Below are positions 59,187-64,000 of a stretch of 64,000 bases of DNA, one piece after another. The stretch covers positions 98,759 through 162,758 of the forward strand of contig JBCCEA010000003.1 in the NCBI GenBank assembly GCA_039030515.1, written 5' to 3'. The notes under the pieces are model-generated. The model was given only the letters and a program-made list of their open reading frames with translations. It was not told the origin of the DNA and did not search any database. The DNA is from Myxococcota bacterium. GTDB taxonomy: Bacteria; Myxococcota_A; Polyangia; Polyangiales; Houyiibacteriaceae. Every line of letters starts with the position of its first letter. Position 1 is the first letter of the stretch. Made by a program: the position numbers and the translations under genes.

Positions 59187-59195
59187 TCGAGCGTG

Positions 59196-59224
59196 GGGTT
59201 ATCTGCAATCAGCGGTAGGTGCAA
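59196..59224 (-). promoter_or_regulatory. Putative sigma70 promoter of the tRNA
   Basis: Minus strand TTGCAC-N17-TAACCC, 9 nt upstream of the tRNA 5' end. Confidence 0.45.
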
Positions 59225-59329
59225 GTATTCACCTCTGCGCAAGATGCCCGCATTGGGTTTCACGTTGAAAGTTAGAACCCGTTCGCTGCATGAAACCCAC
59301 CGCTTCCAAAAGACCACCGCGGTTGTGTT

Positions 59330-60562
59330 TCAGCAGTGGGTGCGTGCGTAGTTAGAGCCGACAGGCGGATCGATAAGCCCGGTCGCAAAGAGGGCGTCCA
59401 CGGACGGTTTGCCTAAAGGCGGCTGGGTAGTTTCCGATGGCGGGGGTGAATTTAGCGTGCACCTCGTGGGATGACCGCGTCGCGTTCCCGGTTGGGAGGG
59501 CGATACGCGGCCTGGGCTAGGCGGAACCGGCAAAGCGATCACCTGGTCATGCGGGTTGAAAAAGGATCCGGACGAACAACCGCCCTGACGAAGATTGCGG
59601 CGCGATGGATAGCAGCAGCAAAGACCACAACCTAAACAGAATTCCGAAGTCTGTAGGCCGCAATTGCCGTTTAGACCACCCGCTGAAAACTCCCGATCCA
59701 GTTCACGGCACCGTTCATACAGAGCGCGGGCTTTTGAAACTTGTGCGAAGCGGGAGTTAGGCCTTGGCGCACTCTCATTTAGAGGCACCTCATGTTTACG
59801 GAGAAATCGGAGAAGCATCCACTGCACCAACTCGAAGGCCGGATTTTCCCCATCTGGAGAAGACCATCGCTTGCCATCCCGCCAAAAGGCGACGTCCCCC
59901 CTCAGGTAAGCCACATCGCTGTGGGACCCGGGCACGATGAGCGGCACGAGCTTTGTGACCCCAGGGTCGCGAGCTTGGAGACTGAGCGGCACGTAGGTAC
60001 ACCGTCTTTCGTCTCTTGCAAAAATGGCAACGCATGTTCGGACGATGGGAGGCACCGAAACCCGCGTAGATCGCGGCCATCCCGGAACCGGATCGACCGC
60101 AAATATATGGACCTCCGGCCGAGCGTTCTGGGGGCAGTCCATAAATCGCCGCTCAAGCATCTGCGCGATGGTGAAGCACGACACCGCGCCGCGGCTCCAG
60201 CCCAAGAGCACGATTCGAACGTCGACTCCCTTTCGGCTTATGAAGTTGAGGATGGAGCCTACCGCTTTTTCGGCCGTTGCATCCATGCCCGCGCCGCAGA
60301 TAGACCCCGCGCAATTGTAAAGACTCTGGGCACACGGCACTCGGCGCGTTTGGGCTCCCAGCTGAATGCTCCCTGGACCGTCGAAGACCTCGAACTCGGC
60401 ATCCTCCGTCCTACCGAGAATCCCACGAGCAAAGTTCGTGATCTCCTGGCCGAGGCCGCGTCTCCGCGGTGCTTTTGGCGGCCAATGCCTTACGGCGTAT
60501 CCGGTGCCGTAGCATACGACGGAGATCGTAGGCTTTTGCGCACCAGGCCCGGATGACAGCAC
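59330..60562 (-). CDS. DUF2235/Tle1-like alpha/beta hydrolase
   Basis: CYGT, DGPG, nucleophile elbow GWSRG (S123), AVDPV (Asp), DERR and PGSHSDV (His). Confidence 0.75.
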   Translation of the reverse strand: MLSSGPGAQKPTISVVCYGTGYAVRHWPPKAPRRRGLGQEITNFARGILGRTEDAEFEVFDGPGSIQLGAQTRRVPCAQSLYNCAGSICGAGMDATAEKAVGSILNFISRKGVDVRIVLLGWSRGAVSCFTIAQMLERRFMDCPQNARPEVHIFAVDPVPGWPRSTRVSVPPIVRTCVAIFARDERRCTYVPLSLQARDPGVTKLVPLIVPGSHSDVAYLRGDVAFWRDGKRWSSPDGENPAFELVQWMLLRFLRKHEVPLNESAPRPNSRFAQVSKARALYERCRELDREFSAGGLNGNCGLQTSEFCLGCGLCCCYPSRRNLRQGGCSSGSFFNPHDQVIALPVPPSPGRVSPSQPGTRRGHPTRCTLNSPPPSETTQPPLGKPSVDALFATGLIDPPVGSNYARTHC

Positions 60563-60729
60563 ATTTTTCGAGGCCAGAGTGCACTCCTTCTATTCGAGAT
60601 GGGTGCGGATACAGAGTCACTGATCGGCGATGAGGAGCATAGGCCACGCCCATGCGCAGTCAACGGCTTCAAGGAGCCACTTCGTCCGTAGATGATCCAG
60701 ATCGAATACTGTATTATTGTAAAATATTG

Positions 60730-62382
60730 TTGATAACAGAAAAACAAACGCATCGACTTTGGCTCGGCATGCTCGTCTGTACTTGGACCGGAGCGTTCCT
60801 CCCAGGGTGTGGTGGATGTGGGGGCTCAAGCCGAAATGAAGACTGCATCCACATCGACGCCGAGGTAGAGCCTCCCCCGGCCGATGTCGTCATAAGCGAG
60901 GTCGTACTCACTCCCCGGAACGATTGGAATCGATCCGACGGGGTCGGAGCGCCGTTTCAGGCCCGAGGTGGCGGGAGCATCACCAGCGCAGACCAGTTTG
61001 TCGAACTCAGAAACCTCGAGGACGAGCCGGTCGATCTGCAAGGGTGGACCCTGCTCATCCTCGACTCCTCACCATCGACCACCACGCTTGGAGACGAGGG
61101 ACCGACCTTGGTGACCAGTGCGGGATCCAACCTCAACGCGCTGCAGCCAGGCGCGTTCCTCGTGCTCGGTGATCCCGATGGTTTTGCCTCTTCCGACGCG
61201 TGGATCATCCTCCGCGACGAGAGAGGTCGATGGGTCGACGATGTGGAAATCGGTGGACTCATAGAATCACGCGACTTCGAAGGCGACGGCTTGTTCGATG
61301 GAGCACCTTCGGCCGAACGCAACGGATTCGGGCTGGGTACTCAGGACGAGTCGATCGCCCGCGATGCCGCTTCGACAGATACCGATGACGATATCGAGGA
61401 TTTCTCCTTACTCGCCGCCACCCCGCTGGCAGAAAACATCGCTAGCCCGCCGCGGGCGGAGTCGGTAGCTCCAGAGATGACCTTCTTCACCACGGGCTCG
61501 AGACATCGCGTGAGTGACGAGATCCGCGTTCAGTTCACCGAGGCCGTGGACACCCTTTCCTTTGACGAGCGCATCACCGTCACCGCCGATGGATCTCCAG
61601 TGGCCATGGACCCGAGCGTTTTTGAGTACGGAGACACCCAGGTCATTCTCAATCCGGTCGGCATTCTGCCTTACGACGCGACGATTCTGGTCTCCCTACA
61701 TCGAGACGGAATCGCAGTCTCCGATCGGGCCGGCAATGCGCTCGCGGGACGCAGGGAGTTCGACTTCCAGACCGAATCTGCCCCGGGTTCCGAATCCGCC
61801 GTGCGTATCAACGAGATCTGCGGCGATCCAAGGCAAGACTGGAACGATGATTTCGGTGGCGATGGGATTGCCTTTTCGGCGGTGCCCGGCGTTGGAGACG
61901 TCACATCCGACGATGAGTGGGTTGAACTCCTAGTGCAGGCAGACGGGCCGATCGACCTCACCGGGTACACGTTCCGGATTTACCGCGGATTTGGCACGAC
62001 CGCGCCCGTCCGAGCACAAACCCGGCTCGACACCCACGAGTTTCTCCGCATCATCGGCAGCGGAACACGCATCGACGCACTTCAGCGAGGGGACCGAATC
62101 ATCCTCGGAGATCCTCGCTCGGCTATCGGAGCGCACTCCGTGGTCGAACTGCGTGATTCCAGCGGCGTCCTCGTCGACACCGTGGAACTCGGCGGAAACT
62201 CATCTGCAACGGATCGCGGTGGCGACGGGATCGACAACGGCGCGCCGGCAGAAGGAGCATCGGCCACATCGACCGACCTGAGCGACGAATCGATCTCGCG
62301 CGTACCAGACGGTATCGACACCGGGGACGACGTTGCAGACTTTGAAGCGGGGGGGGCTACTCTCGGTAGACCAAATCTCTAA
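60730..62382 (+). CDS. Lipoprotein with two lamin-tail-like domains flanking an Ig-like domain
   Basis: Lipobox LPGC; duplicated module V.I(S/N)E...DWN...(F/W)VEL...DL.G(W/Y)T...LGDP...LRD..G..VD.VE.GG...DESI.R...DT.DD..DF...AT...N. Start 60730-60769. Confidence 0.8.
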   Translation: MITEKQTHRLWLGMLVCTWTGAFLPGCGGCGGSSRNEDCIHIDAEVEPPPADVVISEVVLTPRNDWNRSDGVGAPFQARGGGSITSADQFVELRNLEDEPVDLQGWTLLILDSSPSTTTLGDEGPTLVTSAGSNLNALQPGAFLVLGDPDGFASSDAWIILRDERGRWVDDVEIGGLIESRDFEGDGLFDGAPSAERNGFGLGTQDESIARDAASTDTDDDIEDFSLLAATPLAENIASPPRAESVAPEMTFFTTGSRHRVSDEIRVQFTEAVDTLSFDERITVTADGSPVAMDPSVFEYGDTQVILNPVGILPYDATILVSLHRDGIAVSDRAGNALAGRREFDFQTESAPGSESAVRINEICGDPRQDWNDDFGGDGIAFSAVPGVGDVTSDDEWVELLVQADGPIDLTGYTFRIYRGFGTTAPVRAQTRLDTHEFLRIIGSGTRIDALQRGDRIILGDPRSAIGAHSVVELRDSSGVLVDTVELGGNSSATDRGGDGIDNGAPAEGASATSTDLSDESISRVPDGIDTGDDVADFEAGGATLGRPNL

Positions 62383-62403
62383 ACCACGTCCGCGACCGCC
62401 CAG

Positions 62404-62675
62404 GCACGCCACAAAGCCGCTTTCCACCTTGCGCCTCGTCGTCAGGTACTAGATGTACCCTCCTCCTCCTCACTGCGGGGGCGCTGGCTCTATGACGCCC
62501 CTGGACGGCCGCGGGGGTTTACGACAAACGCACGCCATAGAGCCGCTTTCCACCTTGCGCCTCGTCGTCAGGTACTAGGTGTACCCTCCTCCTCCTCACT
62601 GCGGGGGCGCTGGCTTTCTGACGCCCCTGAACGGCCGCGGGGGTTTACGACAAACGCACGCCATAGAGCCGCTTT
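62404..62675. repeat. 126-bp REP-like tandem repeat array (2 full units plus the start of a 3rd, interrupted by IS110)
   Basis: AGCCGCTTT recurs at 62415, 62541 and 62667 (period 126). Units are near-identical, with GGTAC-N5-GTACC and GGGGCG...CGCCCC hairpins. Confidence 0.95.
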
Positions 62676-62687
62676 GTATCTTCGGAG

Positions 62688-63850
<1,163 letters not shown>

Positions 63851-63962
63851 GCCGGTTTTGAGCGCTCACATCTGCGCGAAGGCCAGGGTCGTCTTCGCAT
63901 GCACCGCAGGAGCGCCTATGCCTGGCAAACCTGCGGATGAAGAACATCGAAAGACAGTTGCT

Positions 63963-64000
63963 ACCGCCTTGCGCCTCGTCGTCAGGTACCAACTCGTACC
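63963..64000. repeat. Continuation of the 126-bp repeat unit to the right of IS110
   Basis: CCGCCTTGCGCCTCGTCGTCAGGTACCAACTCGTACC versus the unit CCACCTTGCGCCTCGTCGTCAGGTACTAGATGTACC. Confidence 0.9.

Noticed and set aside
59254..59299. Inverted repeat TGGGTTTCA...TGAAACCCA as a terminator or mobile-element end
   Set aside because: Only 9 bp with a 28-nt loop and no U-tract; function cannot be supported.
62415..62460. Hammerhead ribozyme on the minus strand of the repeat (CTGACGA...GAAA next to a GTAC hairpin)
   Set aside because: Stem II does not pair convincingly, and there is no UH cleavage site or stem III partner.
62404..62675. CRISPR array
   Set aside because: The whole 126-bp unit repeats with no unique spacers, and no cas genes are in the window.

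Overview
64 kb of a bacterial chromosome whose gene content points to Myxococcota, probably Polyangia (type IV pilins with a GDLDxD C-terminus, PEGA Ser/Thr kinases, HDOD proteins, Cys-rich lipoproteins); this taxonomy is inferred. Positions 1 to ~48.3 kb are mostly core genes: pilins, kinases, cobA/hemD, clpS-clpA-aat, an amidohydrolase pair, moeB, nnr, pdxJ, beta-oxidation genes, E1alpha-lpdA-lipB, ftsE-ftsX-envC, panB-panC (with a probable pan RNA leader) and a DUF299 regulator. From ~48.3 kb to the end is accessory DNA around a tRNA-Arg(CCG). It holds an orphan protein with glutamine synthetase/actin-crosslinking-domain-like motifs, an H-NOX multi-component signalling cluster, a DUF2235/Tle1-like hydrolase and a lamin-tail lipoprotein. 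The best-supported discovery is at the right end: a complete IS110-family element (~62672-63962) inserted at a CT core inside a 126-bp REP-like tandem array. Its left non-coding end folds into a bridge RNA, and its four candidate guide segments can be matched by eye to the element's own ends and to the repeat it sits in. A TPR protein with a TFIIB/TFB-like cyclin C-terminus (7918-8904) is also notable. All assignments come from reading motifs by eye; no database searches were run.
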